Notes under the pieces: generated by a model
Databases searched by the model: none
The model's input: only the letters and a program-made list of their open reading frames with translations
Told to the model about the DNA's origin: nothing
Shown: positions 45,975 to 60,146 of the stretch, in pieces
How the letters are laid out: every line of letters begins with the position of its first letter
Numbering within the stretch: the first letter of the stretch is position 1
Assembly: GCA_964016885.1 (NCBI GenBank)
Contig: OZ024741.1
Location: forward strand, 103,044,001 to 103,108,000
Reading direction: 5' to 3'
Length of the DNA stretch: 64,000 nt
Source: Eledone cirrhosa
Taxonomy: Eukaryota
Translations under genes and position numbers: made by a program

Positions 45975-46986
45975 ATATATATATGTATATATGTATGTAT
46001 ATATATATATGTATATATGTATGTATATATATATATGTATATATATATGTATATATACATATATATATATATGTATATATATATGTGTGTGTATATATGT
46101 ATATATATCTATATGTATATGTATGTATATATATATATATATATATGTGTATATGTATATATATATATATATATATAAGTATATATATGTATAAGTATAT
46201 ATGTATATATATATATATATAAGTATATATATGTATAAGTATATATGTATATATATATATGTACATGTATATATATGTGTGTATATATATGTATAAGTAT
46301 ATATGTATATATATATGTGTGTGTATATATATGAATATGTATGTATGTATATATATATATATGTGTGTGTATATATATGTATAAGTGTATATATATATAT
46401 ATATATTTTAGTATCGTGAGAGAGTAGAGGTTTAAAGGTATAAGCGATACATATAGTTAGTTGCCGAAAGCTGGTGTATTTGTGCTCAATATTAGTGCCT
46501 AGAGGGTTAAATATCAGAAGCATTAATATTTAGTGGGCGAGAATATAAGCAGAGCGGTTACAAATGAAAGGATTACAAAGGAGAATACAGACTGTTAGAA
46601 CATGTTTATACAAAAGCACCTACGTACGTTTCGCTCGAAAAGGGCCTCTCAAGGGCATACAAATCTAGAGAGTGTTGAGTACAGAACCCAGAAGGTGTTT
46701 TAAGATGATAATCACATCGAAGTTCATTTTTTATTCAAACAGACATGGTTGTTTTTGTCACAGAGCCAGGGGAGTAACTCTGACCGGTGTTTAAATATAT
46801 GTCCCTAAATGGCTTCTCATCCGTTCACATGATGATTGTTTTCCACTACTATTTTATTGGTGCCACTTTACTACTGCCTAGTCGGGCCGGAACTAAAAGA
46901 CATAGTATGTGTACAGATGTACACATACTATGTCTCTCTCTCTTCCCCTCTAAATCGTACCTTGAATTTCTCTAGATCGCACAAGC

Positions 46987-46988
<2 letters not shown>

Positions 46989-47056
<68 letters not shown>

Positions 47057-47142
47057 CCTCTAAATCGCACCTTGAATTTCTCACTGGACGTATCTCTCTC
47101 TCCTTCTATCTTTCCCTCTCTAACATTTTCCCTACCCTTCCT

Positions 47143-47232
<90 letters not shown>
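46989..47232. repeat. (CT)n microsatellites
   Basis: direct reading of the sequence. Confidence 0.9.
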
Positions 47233-47234
<2 letters not shown>

Positions 47235-47239
47235 CTCTA

Positions 47240-50200
47240 CAGCGAAATGGACTGCATGCAGGGAAAAGGTGAAATTAAAAGCCAGCTAAACTGGTGAAAG
47301 ATGGAATTAGCGGTTTTGATCAAAGGGTGAAGCCTGGCTGGTGGGTCACCCCCAAGCAAAAAGATTGCGGAGACCCTGAGGAACCATGGCTTCCTGAGGA
47401 TTCTGGCGCAGATAGAAAGAAAAAGAAAAGAAATCGAGAAGGCCTATGACATCATAGAGCCATATATGGCGATGCTAAGCCATTTCCTCAAGGAAGAGTA
47501 AAACGGGGAGGAAGAGAGAGGAAAGGAAAAAGAAAAGGAAGAAATCACAAGCTGGGACCTCAAAGAAAATGAGATACCCGTCGCCACAGTCAGGGAGGGC
47601 AGGCCGGGCAGCCAACAAGCAAACGGTAAAGATGAGAAATCACCTTCCGAAAGAGAAACAAGCTGAAAGGGACCAGTGGACAACTGTCCAAAGGAAGAAC
47701 AGAAAGCACCGAGACACTGGGTTCAAGAAAACCCAAGTAATGTGAAAGTTCTTCAGGAACGGGACCTGCTAGCATGGAGAGACAGAGATCGGCTGCAGAT
47801 TCGCTCACCCCAGGTCCCAAGCGAACTATGCCCATCCTACTCGCGCAACATGCCCCAGCCAAACCCAAAACAAGCCGCTCCAGAAGTATGCTGATGGCAC
47901 GCACATACCGACGAGATACAGATGGCAGCAGTAGAGCAGAAAAATGTTTTAGTGATGGCAGAGAAGATTGTGGGACACCTGACCTAGCTGCATCGTTTTC
48001 AGAGCCAGGGTCTCCCACACCAGCACTCGAGACCACCACAATTAAGGGACTCAGAGTGGCCGCCGCTGACACCAGGCCAGGTGTCATACCAACAGCCATT
48101 GCTGGAACCCCAAAAGTCACACCAGTGCTGCTGCTGAATGTGAGAGACCTGGTGAAACTCACTAACATGAGTAAAATTTCCTACCTGGGAGACTTAGCCA
48201 TAAGCAATCAAGCATTATGCATAGCACTAACCGAAACGCACCTGACAAGCAGTATAGCAGATGCAGAAATACATATACCGACATATACTGTATTTCGTTC
48301 GGACAGGAAGGAGAGAACTCATGGTGGGATTGCTCTGTATATCTGTGAAGATGTCACACCAATTGTACTGTTGACACATTCAAACTCAGTCTGTGACACA
48401 CTGATAGTACTTATGAAACAACTAAAGACAGTAATATGTGTCGCATGTCGGCCGCCCGATACCCCCAGTCATGAGGGTAAATTTGAGGATAGCCTCAGTA
48501 GGATAGAAGAGGTCCTAGACAACCTGGAGCAGGGTCTCAACATTCTACTGCTGGGAGACTTCAACCTGCAAAAGGTCAAATGGCCTGAGGGCCACCTCCT
48601 CCCTGGAATGACGTCAATAGAACAGAGACAGACGGAATTCCTGCTGGCCCTCACACACAGGCTGTTCATGGAACAATCAGTACTCCTCCCAACAAAAGGC
48701 GAAAATGTCCTGGACCTCTGTTTTACAAACAACGGAGTGCTCATCCACAATGTAAAGGTGACACCAACAATTTTCTCGGATCATAACTTAGTAGAACTAA
48801 TGATATGTGGTCTGAGGGAACCAACAGGGATACAACGATCAAGAAGCACCGGGACGTTATCCAGCCTTAACTTCTAGAAGGCTAACTGGAAAAAGATCAA
48901 GAGAGAAATCCGGAAGCAAATATGGAGCGAAAACATCACCACACAAGATACCAACACACAATTTCAACACTTCATGACAACGATACACACTATATGCAAA
49001 AGGTTTTTCCCGGAGAAAAAGGCAAACAGACATAAAAATCTTATTCCCAGAGATAGGAAAATCCTTATGAGACATAGAACCAAGCTCTCAAACCGGTTGA
49101 ATGCACAAGAAAACAAAAACAAGAAGGAATCCTATTTGAAACGTGCAGTACTTGACACCGAGATTGCACTCAAACTTTCCCATGAAAATGAGAGGGCAAA
49201 GAAAGAAAGCAGGGCCATAGAAAATATTAAAACAAACCCTAAGGCCTTCTTTAAATTTGCAAAAGAAACTGCCTCGGTACACTGCAAGATTGGGCCACTC
49301 TTCCATACAGACGGTTCATTAACCGAGAATCCCCAAGAGATATGTGAAATACTGAACGAACAGTACAAAAGTGTGTTCACATGTCCACTGAGGCACATGC
49401 AAATAACAAAGCCAGAGGAGTTCTTTGATGCCACAACACTACATGAAGAAATGGCGACCATCAACCACATAGACATAACGGAGGAGGATGTGATATACGC
49501 CATAGATGAAATTAGAACAGACTCAGCTGCTGGACCTGATCGATTCCCATGTAAGCGGGCTTTAGTAACTCCACTGAAGACGCTCTTCAGGTGCTCCTTG
49601 GCTAGTGGTATACTACCGAGGGAGCTGAAAGAAGGCACAATATGCCCTATCCATAAAGGAGGTAGTAGAGCGGAGACCAAAAACTATAGGCCAGTCTCCC
49701 TGACGTCGAATATCAGTAAGGTCATGGAGCGAGTCGTCAGAAAGAAACTGATCAGTTTCCTCGGGGAAAATGACCGCCTGACTAGCACGCGGCATGGCTT
49801 CCGCCCAGGAAGAAGCTGCCTTACACAGCTGCTACATCACTACGACTGGGTACTGAAACAACTGCTAGACAGCTCACATGTGGACGTAATATATCTTGAC
49901 TTTGCGAAGGCCTTTGACAAGGTCGACCACGGAATGATATGTCACAAAATACACGTACTCGGCATAAATGGAAAAGTAGGTGAGTGGTTGCATGACTTCT
50001 TAAAGGACAGAAGCCAGACAGTCGCAGCAAACGGGGCCCTCTCAAGGAAACATCAATAACAAGTGGGCTGCCTTAATGGACAGTCCTGGGACCACTACTG
50101 TTTTTGGAGGCTCTCTCATACATGCCCTCTGTATTACATACACCAATATCCCTCACTAGCTATGCTGATGAAACTAAGGTAGCATAGGCAATCAAAAACC

Positions 50201-51111
50201 CGGCTGACGCTGCCCTTTTACAACAAGATCTAGATGCCATATTCAAATGGGCGGAAGAAAACAACATGCAGTTTAATGCTGACAAATTCCAAGCCCTACA
50301 ATACAAACCTGCAAACATTAATACAGTACAACACAGTTACGCAGGACCAGGAGGAGCCGATATCCCCGTGTCAAAATCGATACGAGACCTGGGTATGGAC
50401 ATGAGCGATGATGTATCTTTTTCCTCACACATCATGAAAGTGGCGACAATGTGCAGAAGACTCGCTGGCTGGATCTTGAGGAGTTTCCGGACAAGAGACC
50501 GAGACACCATGTTGACACTATGGAGGACATTTGTCCTAAGCCGCCTGGACTCTTGCTCCCAGTTGTGGTCACCCCATTGTGTCAAACTAACCACGGAGCT
50601 TCTACACCAAGAGGATTGCCACGATGAAGGAGATAATCTACTGGGAGAGGCTAAAAGAACTGAACCTCTACTCCTTGGAACGAAGACGGGAGAGATACGC
50701 AGTGATCTACATGTGGAAAATCCTGGAGGGACTAGCACCAAACTTTGGCATTGGGAGCTGGACCAACCGTTGAACAGGACGTCACTGTGTGGTGCCGTCT
50801 TCCACATCTAGAATAAGGAGCAGATATTGCAATAGCCTGGGGTTCAAGGGCCCTCAACTCTTAGACAAGCTGCCGAGGGATCTGAGAGATCTGCATGGTG
50901 TGCAGGTGGATGTCTTCAAGAAACATATCGACACCTTGCTATCCAGGATCCCGGATGAGCCCAGAGCAGGGCACGATGGAAAACTAAGGGCAGCAGCAAC
51001 GAACTCCCTCTTACACCAGTGGCCAACCAATACAGGCTGGAGATAAAATGTGTAGCAACAAGGGCGGTGCCCCAGCATGGCCTCAGCCGGATGGCTGGAA
51101 CAGGTAAAAGA

Positions 51112-51113
<2 letters not shown>
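47240..51113 (+). mobile_element. near full-length but disrupted CR1-group LINE (ORF1 remnant, APE, RT)
   Basis: APE ALTETHL, RSDR..GG, GDFNL, NVLDL, SDHN (~48120-48877); RT NYRPVSLTS, HGFRPGRSC, YLDFAKAFDKVDH, YADE; C-terminal IPDEP..RAAATNSL; tail gtaaaagagta then (TA)n. Confidence 0.9.
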
Positions 51114-51191
<78 letters not shown>

Positions 51192-51297
51192 AATTAGTAT
51201 ATTTACTAACATATATACAGATGCATACCTATGCCAGCAAATATATAGGTATTGTCTTAGTAACTTTGTGGTTCAATGCATGGGGATGCAGACAATA

Positions 51298-51637
<340 letters not shown>

Positions 51638-51664
51638 GTATATATATATATATATATATATATT

Positions 51665-51701
<37 letters not shown>

Positions 51702-51728
51702 GTATATATATATATATATATATATATT

Positions 51729-51763
<35 letters not shown>

Positions 51764-51840
51764 GTATATATATATATATATATATATTTATGTATATATA
51801 TATATATATGTATATATATGTATATATATATATATATATT

Positions 51841-51919
<79 letters not shown>

Positions 51920-51959
51920 GTATATATATGTATATATATATGTATATATATATATATAT

Positions 51960-52470
51960 AATATTATAAAGTAAGCTAATGTTCTATATTCAGAGCTTAA
52001 ATACTGAGTTCGTGTTATTTTCCAAACACCAGCTTAATGGTAAAGTTACTAAATCCCACCAAATTTTAGATTATTTTTATGATTATCTGAAAACCATGCT
52101 GTCATGTGTTATTCCCACTGCATTGGTTTCTGCTGTTACTGTGCAACAGGTGTTAGCAGAAGGGAGAGACCACCCATTGTTACAGGTGAAAGAAAATAAT
52201 AAAATGATAATAAGTTTAAACATAATAGGATTTAGTTATATAACTACCTTTGTCTTCATTAAGCTTGTGTCTAGAAAATACCATAATGGAGGTTCTTATA
52301 TAAGACTAGGAAGCCCGTCCGGCTGGCGACCGGCTATGTATACTGCCCCCACCACTCCACTGCAAAGACACCACACACCCTCCCGTGTCACATTGTCCTT
52401 CCGACCTCGTAGCAAAGAAGAGGAGCTACGTAGAAATGAGTTTAAAAAGAGTTAAGCTGTGTTGTTAATA
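51960..52470 (+). repeat. second copy of the ~520 bp dispersed repeat
   Basis: reverse complement of 25876-26395. Confidence 0.85.
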
Positions 52471-52500
52471 TACATACATACATACATACATACATACATA

Positions 52501-53735
52501 CATGGTGGCTGCCAACTCGTTTTCGAGTACGGCCACTACTTTATATCCATGTAGGAGAACCCCTACCAATGCGCTGAACGAATGTGACTTTTTAGTTCAG
52601 CCAGCGACTTGAAAACTCTGGTACAAACACTACACTTGTGACAATTATTGACACATAGTGCTGGGCCCATGGTACCATGTGACGACAAGTGCAGAGAGAT
52701 CTCCAGATATAAAGCAATGCCTGTGCTGTGAAGCTTTTATAGTGAGCAAAGGCACTGCACAAAGCCAGTCCCACTCTCTTAACCAAGATGATATTTACCA
52801 AAAAGAAGAACAATTCAACATCATTGGATACCATCAGGGTTGCAGGTGTTATATCAGAGTTTTCCTTCTCCTAGAATTCTGCCTTGACAAAGGCTAAGGG
52901 GTCATCTCTCCCGGTGATTTTGGATGGCTATTGACTCTTAAGAGCCCCTTTGCCTTTTGACAGGTTTTGTTTTTAGTCCTGCAGGATGTCCAAAGCCACC
53001 CTCCTCACCAAGAAACCTTGGTGGGGTTGCCAGTTTAGTCGCCAACGACCCAACCATGAGACAGGTTGTACTGGGATACATGTTACCAGTAGCACCAACT
53101 GGTGACCTGACACACATACATACATGGTGGCCGCCAACTCGTTTTCGAGTATGGCCACTACTTTATATCCATGTAGGAGAACCCCTACAGATGGGCTGAA
53201 CGAGTGTGACTTTTTAGTCCAGCCAGCGACTTGAAAACTCTGGTACAAACACTACACTTGTGACAATTATTGACACATAGTACTGGGCCCATGGTACCAT
53301 GTGACGACAAGTGCAGAGAGATCTCCAGATTTAAAGCAATGCCTGTGCTGTGAAGCTTTTATAGTGAGCAAAGGCACTGCACAAAGCCAGTCCCACTCTC
53401 TTAACCAAGATGATATTTACCAAAAAGAAGAACAATTCAACATCATTGGATACCATCAGGGTTGCAGGTGTTATATCAGAGCTTTCCTTCTCCTAGAATT
53501 CTGCCTTGACAAAGGCTAAGGGGTCATCTCTCCCGGTGATTTTGGATGGCTATTGACTCTTAAGAGCCCCTTTGCCTTTTGACAGGTTTTGTTTTTAGTC
53601 CTGCAGGATGTCCAAAGCCACCCTCCTCACCAAGAAACCTTGGTGGGGTTGCCAGTTTAGTCGCCAACGACCCGACCATGAGACAGGTTGTACTGGGATA
53701 CATGTTACCAGTAGCACCAACTGGTGACCTGACAC
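52501..53735 (-). mobile_element. two tandem copies (622-nt period) of a non-autonomous RTE-related element with (TATG)n tails
   Basis: catggtggc at 52501 and 53123; RTE-like 5' UTR motif ggagaaggaaa(g/a)ctctgat; 3' end resembles that of the adjacent RTE. Confidence 0.8.
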
Positions 53736-53814
53736 AACATACATACATACATACATACATACATACATACATACATACATACATACATACATACATACAT
53801 ACATACATACATAC

Positions 53815-53976
53815 ATGATGGCTGCCCCCTCGTTATCGAGTATGGCCATTGCACGAGGAGAAAAAAAAAAATAAATAAATAAAAAAAAATAATAAAAAAA
53901 TAAAATAAAATAAAATAAAAAATAAAAATAAAAATTAATAAATAAATAAAAAATAAAATTAAAATAAAAAAAGAAA

Positions 53977-54012
<36 letters not shown>

Positions 54013-57000
54013 CATACATATACATACATACACACATATATATACACACACATATACATTAATAACAATAATAATAATAACAACAATAATAATAACGACA
54101 ACAACAATAATAATATACATATACATATATATATACACATACATAAACATATCTATACACACACACACGATAACAACTAACAGCGCTGCGATCGAATGTA
54201 GCTTTTTAGCCCAGCCAATGATCTAAAATGTCTTGCACAGAGTCGGCAACCAAAACATTCACTGAAAATAGTCGGCTGTGGTTGGAGTTCGTGTACTTTT
54301 GCATGTCGCTTGAGCCCTCCTGCTGATTTACATTCTCTACCACATGTTTGGCAAGCATGATGAGTAGCATCTCCAACAGCAGCCTGGTAGTCAACCACTG
54401 GTCTTACTTTATGACTGCGAAGATGACTTTCGAGTCCAGCTTTGCTTAGGCAGAGTCTCGCACAGACGCTGCATGTCAGCACCATAGGAGGACCCTCGCC
54501 GTTTGGAAGTGCAACAGCAATGCCCTTCCTCACATCCCGCTTTACTTTCTCGTATGCGATTCGAGATGCCTCAAAGGCAACTTTTCCCCCATATACAGTC
54601 TTTCTCCATTTATTACGATCAGCAGCAATATTTTCCCATGTATCAGCAGAGATGTTAGCGTCTTTCAGAGAGGCTTTCAAGGAATCCTTATACCTCTTTT
54701 TTGGCTTATGTGGCGGTCGTTTTCCTTTAACCAACTCTCCATAAAAGAGTTGTTTTGGTATTCTAGAATCCTTCATCCTGGCAAGGTGACCACTCCAACG
54801 GAGTCGTTGCTTAAGCACAAGAGCTTCTATACTGTCACACATAGAGCTTTCCAAAATCTCGACATCACTGATGTGGTCCCTCCAGTGAACGCCATGGATC
54901 CGTCTGAGACACATCTGATGGAAACGCTCCAATTGCTTAAGGTGGTGTCGATATGTAACCCAAGTCTCGCAGGCATAAAGAAGACAAGAGAGCACACATG
55001 CCCTGTACACTTTTACCTTTGTCCTCCTGCATATGTCTCGCCGACCCCAGAGTCGCCTTTCTAGCTTTCCGAAAGCATCAATTGCTTTCCTAATCCTAAG
55101 TGAGATTTCACTGTCAAGGTTGCTGTATCGATTGACAGTGCTTCCCAGGTACACAAACTGATCTACCACTCCAAGTCGTTTACCATACACATAGATATTT
55201 GGTTCAGTGTACTGCTTACCAGGGGCAGGTTGGTACATGACGACGGTTTTCTTGAGAATGACAGTCAATCCTAGGACAGTACAAGCGTCAGAAAATGCAT
55301 TCAAAATGTGCTGCATATCACTCTCTGTGTGCGCTACAAGATCTCAATCATCTGCATACAAGAGGTCTCTTATGATTGATGTAAATACTTTTGTCTTTGC
55401 AGCAAAGCGCCTGATGTTAAATATGCTGCCTGAGGTTCGATATCGGATGTAAACACCATGCTCGCAATTCCTGAATGCAATACAGAAAACCATTGCAAAG
55501 TATATGGCAAACAGGGTCGGTGCTGGAATATCCCCCTGTTTCACTCCATTATTTACTGAGATAGGCTCCGACATGTTACCTCCGACATTAACCCAAGCCT
55601 TCATGTCGTCATGGAAAGACCTAACTAAAGCAAGGAACTTATCAGGGCAACCAAGTTTCTGGAGAACCTTCCATAATGCATCTCTGTCAACAGTATCGAA
55701 AGCTTTTGTCAGATCGACAAAAACCTGATACAGATCCAAGCCTTGTTCCACGCACTTCTCCTGGAGCTGTCTAGCTGAGAAGATCATATCAGTAGTGCCG
55801 CGTCCAGCACGAAAACCAAATTGACTTTCAGGAAGAACACAATCTGCAATGTGTGTCAGCAGTCGGTCCAGAAGCACCCTACATAAAACTTTCCCTACGA
55901 CAGAAAGCAATGATATAACTCTGTAGTTCCCACAATCATTCCTGTTACCCTTTCCCTTGTACAAGACCACCATTACTGCATCTCTCCGGTCCTCAGGTAC
56001 GGATTCATTAGCCCATATCCTGCCAAACAAAGAGTGAAGATGTTGCAGGAGTCTCTCACCACCGTATTGTAGGAGCTCAGCATGTATGCCATCCATACCT
56101 GGAGATCTTCCACTGTTCAGCTTCGAAATAGCCACTGCAACCTCCACAAGCGTTGGAGGTTCTGCGAGAGCTACTTTCACAGGACTTTCTGGAATGAGAT
56201 TGAGGAAATCTTCACTGACGACAGACGGCTGATTCAAAAGATCATCAAAGTGCTCTCGCCACCTTCGTAGAATTCCTTGTGAGTCACGAAGAAGTTATTT
56301 GCCATCCTTGCTGCGAAGCGGTGTCACCAGAGAAGAAGACGGTCCATAAACCTCACGCAAGAGACTGTACAACAGCTTTGTGTTATTGGAATCTGATGCA
56401 GTTTGTATCTCACCAGCCTTCTCACTCCACCACTGATCCTTCATCTGAGAAAGACTCCGCCTAACATGTGATTTTACATCCTTGAGTTCCTCATGCAACG
56501 TATTCCTCTCCTGTGGTTTTGCCGTCAAGTAGCGTGACAGAGCATGCCTCTTATCAGCCAACAAGTCTTCTATATGTACATCATTCTCATTAAACCAGTC
56601 CTGATGTTTTCTCTGCACCAATCCCAGAACACGCCTGCCTACATCATAAACCGACTTTTTAAGGGTCGGCCAATCCTCACTAAGATCTGCAGCCTGCATC
56701 TCTTCTTCCAATGTCCTCTTCACATTTTTATCCTTAAGACGAGCAGCATTCAATCTTTTGGGCAGGGCAACACCAGGAGCCCGGATTTTACGTTTAGTGA
56801 TTAGTTTCACTTTTGCGCGTACCAGGCGGTGGTCCGTCCAGCACTCAGCTCCACGAAGAGCACGAACACACTGCACATCCTGTCTGTCACGCATCCTGAC
56901 TAAGACGTAGTCCAAAAGATGCCATTCCTTAGATGCAGGATGCATCCATGTGGTCTTGAATTTGTTCTTTTGTTGGAACATGGTGTTGGTAACACACAGA

Positions 57001-57650
57001 TCCAGCTCCTCACACATCTGCAGCAGGAGCATACCATTGCTGTTACACTTTCCCACCCCATGCCTTCCGATTACATTCCATGTGTTAAAATCTCTACCCA
57101 CTCTAGCATTAAAGTCACCAAGCACGATGACTTTGTCTGCCTGTGGGATATTTCTTAAAACACCTTTCAAGGCATGGTAAAAGGACACTTTTTCTTCATC
57201 GACAGAATTCATAGTTGGAGCATACACACTCACCAGAGTCGCATATCTTCCTCTGTCCAGCGGAATTCTCATGGACATAAGACGCTCACTAATCCCTACT
57301 GGCAATTCTTCTAATTTATTCACAAGTACCGTCTTAACAGCAAATCCTACCCCAGCCTCTCTTCTGGTTCCTTCATCTCTTCCTTTCCAGAAGAATGTAT
57401 ATTCTCCACAAAATTCTGTAAGATGACCATCCCCAGCTAACCTCGTCTCAGATAAAGCCACGATGTCAAGATGTAACGTCGAAGCTCCTTTGCAACAAGA
57501 GCGGTCCTTCGTTCAGGACGCTCCAAGGAATCCCTGTCAAGCAGCGTCCGTACGTTCCAGGAGCCAAGACTAAATGCCTTGTTTGGCTCTATTACAATGG
57601 CACGATGACGAGCGGGCCCAGGCTGTGATAACCTGGGGCCCCTACCCTTA
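53815..57650 (-). mobile_element. RTE-clade (RTE-1/BovB-like) LINE with near-complete ORF; one frameshift (~57470) and two in-frame stops (56295, 55344)
   Basis: WNVRTLLD..RPERRTALVA, ALSETR, GDFNARVG, WTDH; NYRVISLLS, DLTKAFDTV, GVKQG, YADD; LRWSGHLARM; three C-terminal C2H2 motifs. Confidence 0.92.
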
Positions 57651-57786
57651 TTGCCAATTATCTTTTTTGTTCCAGAACCTAATCGAAATTACATTATAAA
57701 TTGATAATATACAAAATGGCATGAGAAAATGTATAGGGAGCTAAGAAAAAATAACTTTTGTGTAAAATGTGGGATTGTGCAACACC

Positions 57787-57838
<52 letters not shown>

Positions 57839-58059
57839 ATTATCCTAGATGCAGCAATGGTTAATTACTACACTGGATAGAGTTGACGTACGGTGAGAAG
57901 TTACTCAACGAGTTATGGAAGAATTGTTGAAGAAACTTAGTTCCTGATCCTTCTGTATTCCGGAGTGTACATAGCTCTACACGAAATCAAGGAATACGTA
58001 ACCGGGGACTAAAATACAAGCGCACACACGCGGTACCACCAGACATACTAATAATAGAA

Positions 58060-58862
58060 AATCATCACCAAATAAATCACGTTGTAGAAAGTATATCTGG
58101 TATAATCCTATTTTTAATGCCTCGATTAGTACAAAACTATCTCTTTCATTCTTTAAGTTAATCAACAAGCATTTCCCTAGTTCCCATAAATACAGTAACA
58201 TTCTGAACTCTAAAACTATTAGACTATCATACTCCACGGCACCAAACCTTGAAGCATACATAAAAAAACTTAACTTAAAGCAATTAAACAACACTACAAA
58301 ACAAAATATTTTGATTTCAGATGGGCAGAACGTAATATTTGCCTCCCAACCACTAAATGGGAGACGGGTATTACACAACCCACCTGTACTGCTATCACAA
58401 CCTATCCATGGTATACCCGCAACCCACAACAAAAACTGTAACTGCCATCTACCTGAAAAATGTCCATTGAAGAATGAATGCCTAAAGTCCAACATTGTTT
58501 ACCAATGCACGGTTGAATCAAACGACCAGAAATGGTATTACATCGGGTCTACCACCACCTCGTTTAAATCTCGCTGGTACCGTCATCGATTCTCAATCAA
58601 ACATCCTGATCACCGTTTTGTGACCACGCTCGCCAACAAGACTTGGCAACTCCGTGAACGCAACCAACAGTTCACCTTAAAATGGGATATACTTTCCAGC
58701 GCAAGTGCATATCGGAGTGGATTGAAGCACTGTAGGTTATGTAACCTTGAACTCTTTTACATCTTAAAATCCAAAAATAAACTACTTAACGATAGAATCG
58801 AACGATCATTATACTGCAACCACAAACTAAAAGCTAAATTCTCTCACTATAAAATAACTTAA
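58060..58862 (+). CDS. PLE GIY-YIG endonuclease region (truncated)
   Basis: RCRKYIWYNP..KHFP..CNC..CPLKNECL..NIVYQC..YYIGST..FKSR..H..CRLCNLE..CNH; frame continuous with ORF 58311. Confidence 0.85.
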
Positions 58863-59380
58863 CATTCGAACACGTAACTATAACATTGTTTTCTAGCTAA
58901 CCACCTTCTCTTCCCCCACACTACAAGACAATACCCTGCTTATCACTATAAATGGTAACTTAGTGCGATTCGCAGATTACTACTACGAACCCAAAGTTCA
59001 CCCACCCCATAGCTTTCGTCTGTCCCCCCTCTATCTCTCCCTCTATATCCATTCCACTCTCTCTCTCTCTCTCTCTCTCGCCTTTGACCTACCTCCCTCC
59101 TTCTCCACATCTATGAACCTGCCCTCTGGGGCAATAAATAATTCCAACCTTGACTATCAACGCATCGCTTAAGGTGGTCGCTCTAAGAGTAACCAGTATA
59201 ATAAAACCTCTACCATAACATTTTGATTAAGATATATACAAACCATTCTCTCCTATTTCTCCAACCCCTGCATATCTTTCTCTCTCTCTTCCTCTCCCCT
59301 ACTTTTCTCTCTTCCTTTTCTACTGTATCTTCTCCAATAACCTCACTTAAGGGTATTTACATTGTACATTTTAACCATTC

Positions 59381-59492
59381 TGCTCTGATGATACAGTGGT
59401 CACAGCATTTGATAATTGAGTTTTGCAAATAGTTGTAAATTTGCACATAGCATAACTAGGCTGTAGTACCACCGTGGAAACATTTGTAAGCA
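59381..59492 (+). ncRNA. type I hammerhead with very long helix II
   Basis: tgct CTGATGA tacagtggt..accaccgtg GAAA cattt GTA agca. Confidence 0.7.
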
Positions 59493-59538
59493 CACGGAAT
59501 AAATTACCTTATTATGATGTCTACCTGTTATTATTCAT

Positions 59539-59631
<93 letters not shown>

Positions 59632-59636
<5 letters not shown>

Positions 59637-59938
59637 AAAAAGAGATGAAATCGAAAATGCAACTGTAGTCTTATTTTTTTTTTTTTTTAAATATATATAT
59701 TTATTTGGTTCCTTTACCGGTCTCGCAGTTCTTCTGTTTTTCAAAAGGTGAGTTGAGATGGAGGGTCTGTGAGAAAAACCACAGACCCTCCATCTCAACT
59801 CACCTTTTGAAAAGCAGAAGAACTGCAAAACCGGTAAAGGAACCAAATAAATATATATATTTAAAAAAAAAAATAAATAAATAAATAAATAAAAATAAGA
59901 CTCCAGTTGCATTTTCGATTTCATCTCTTTTTCTTTAT
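59632..59938. repeat. foldback, ~130 bp arms
   Basis: aaagaaaaagagatgaaatcgaaaatgcaac..gagggtctgtg versus cacagaccctc..gttgcattttcgatttcatctc; a related 50 bp piece lies at 31488-31540. Confidence 0.8.
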
Positions 59939-59992
59939 ACTTTCACTCGTGTAGGACACCGGTTATTTTTCATTTTGTAAAAAAAAACTCAC

Positions 59993-60030
<38 letters not shown>

Positions 60031-60056
60031 GTATGTATGTGTGTGTGTGTGTGCGC

Positions 60057-60093
<37 letters not shown>

Positions 60094-60146
60094 AAGGCTC
60101 TGATACCATCAACACCATAAACAGAGAGGTGTCTAAGAACTGACTT

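Larger units (their letters stand above)
57838..59540 (+). mobile_element. 5'-truncated Naiad-like PLE with inverted terminal segment
   Basis: EN ORF, 3' UTR and HHR; 57838-57973 is the inverted continuation of the UTR (compare 2741-3020). Confidence 0.85.

Noticed and set aside
46615-46668. HHR-like motif TTGAGAG..GAAAC gtac GTA on the minus strand
   Set aside because: Core position 9 and helix II are mismatched; at most a decayed copy
53020-53113. HDV-like or twister ribozyme at the 5' end of the RTE-related unit
   Set aside because: P2/P4-like stems and CTAA are present, but no canonical P1/P3/L3 or twister core could be built, so it is not called
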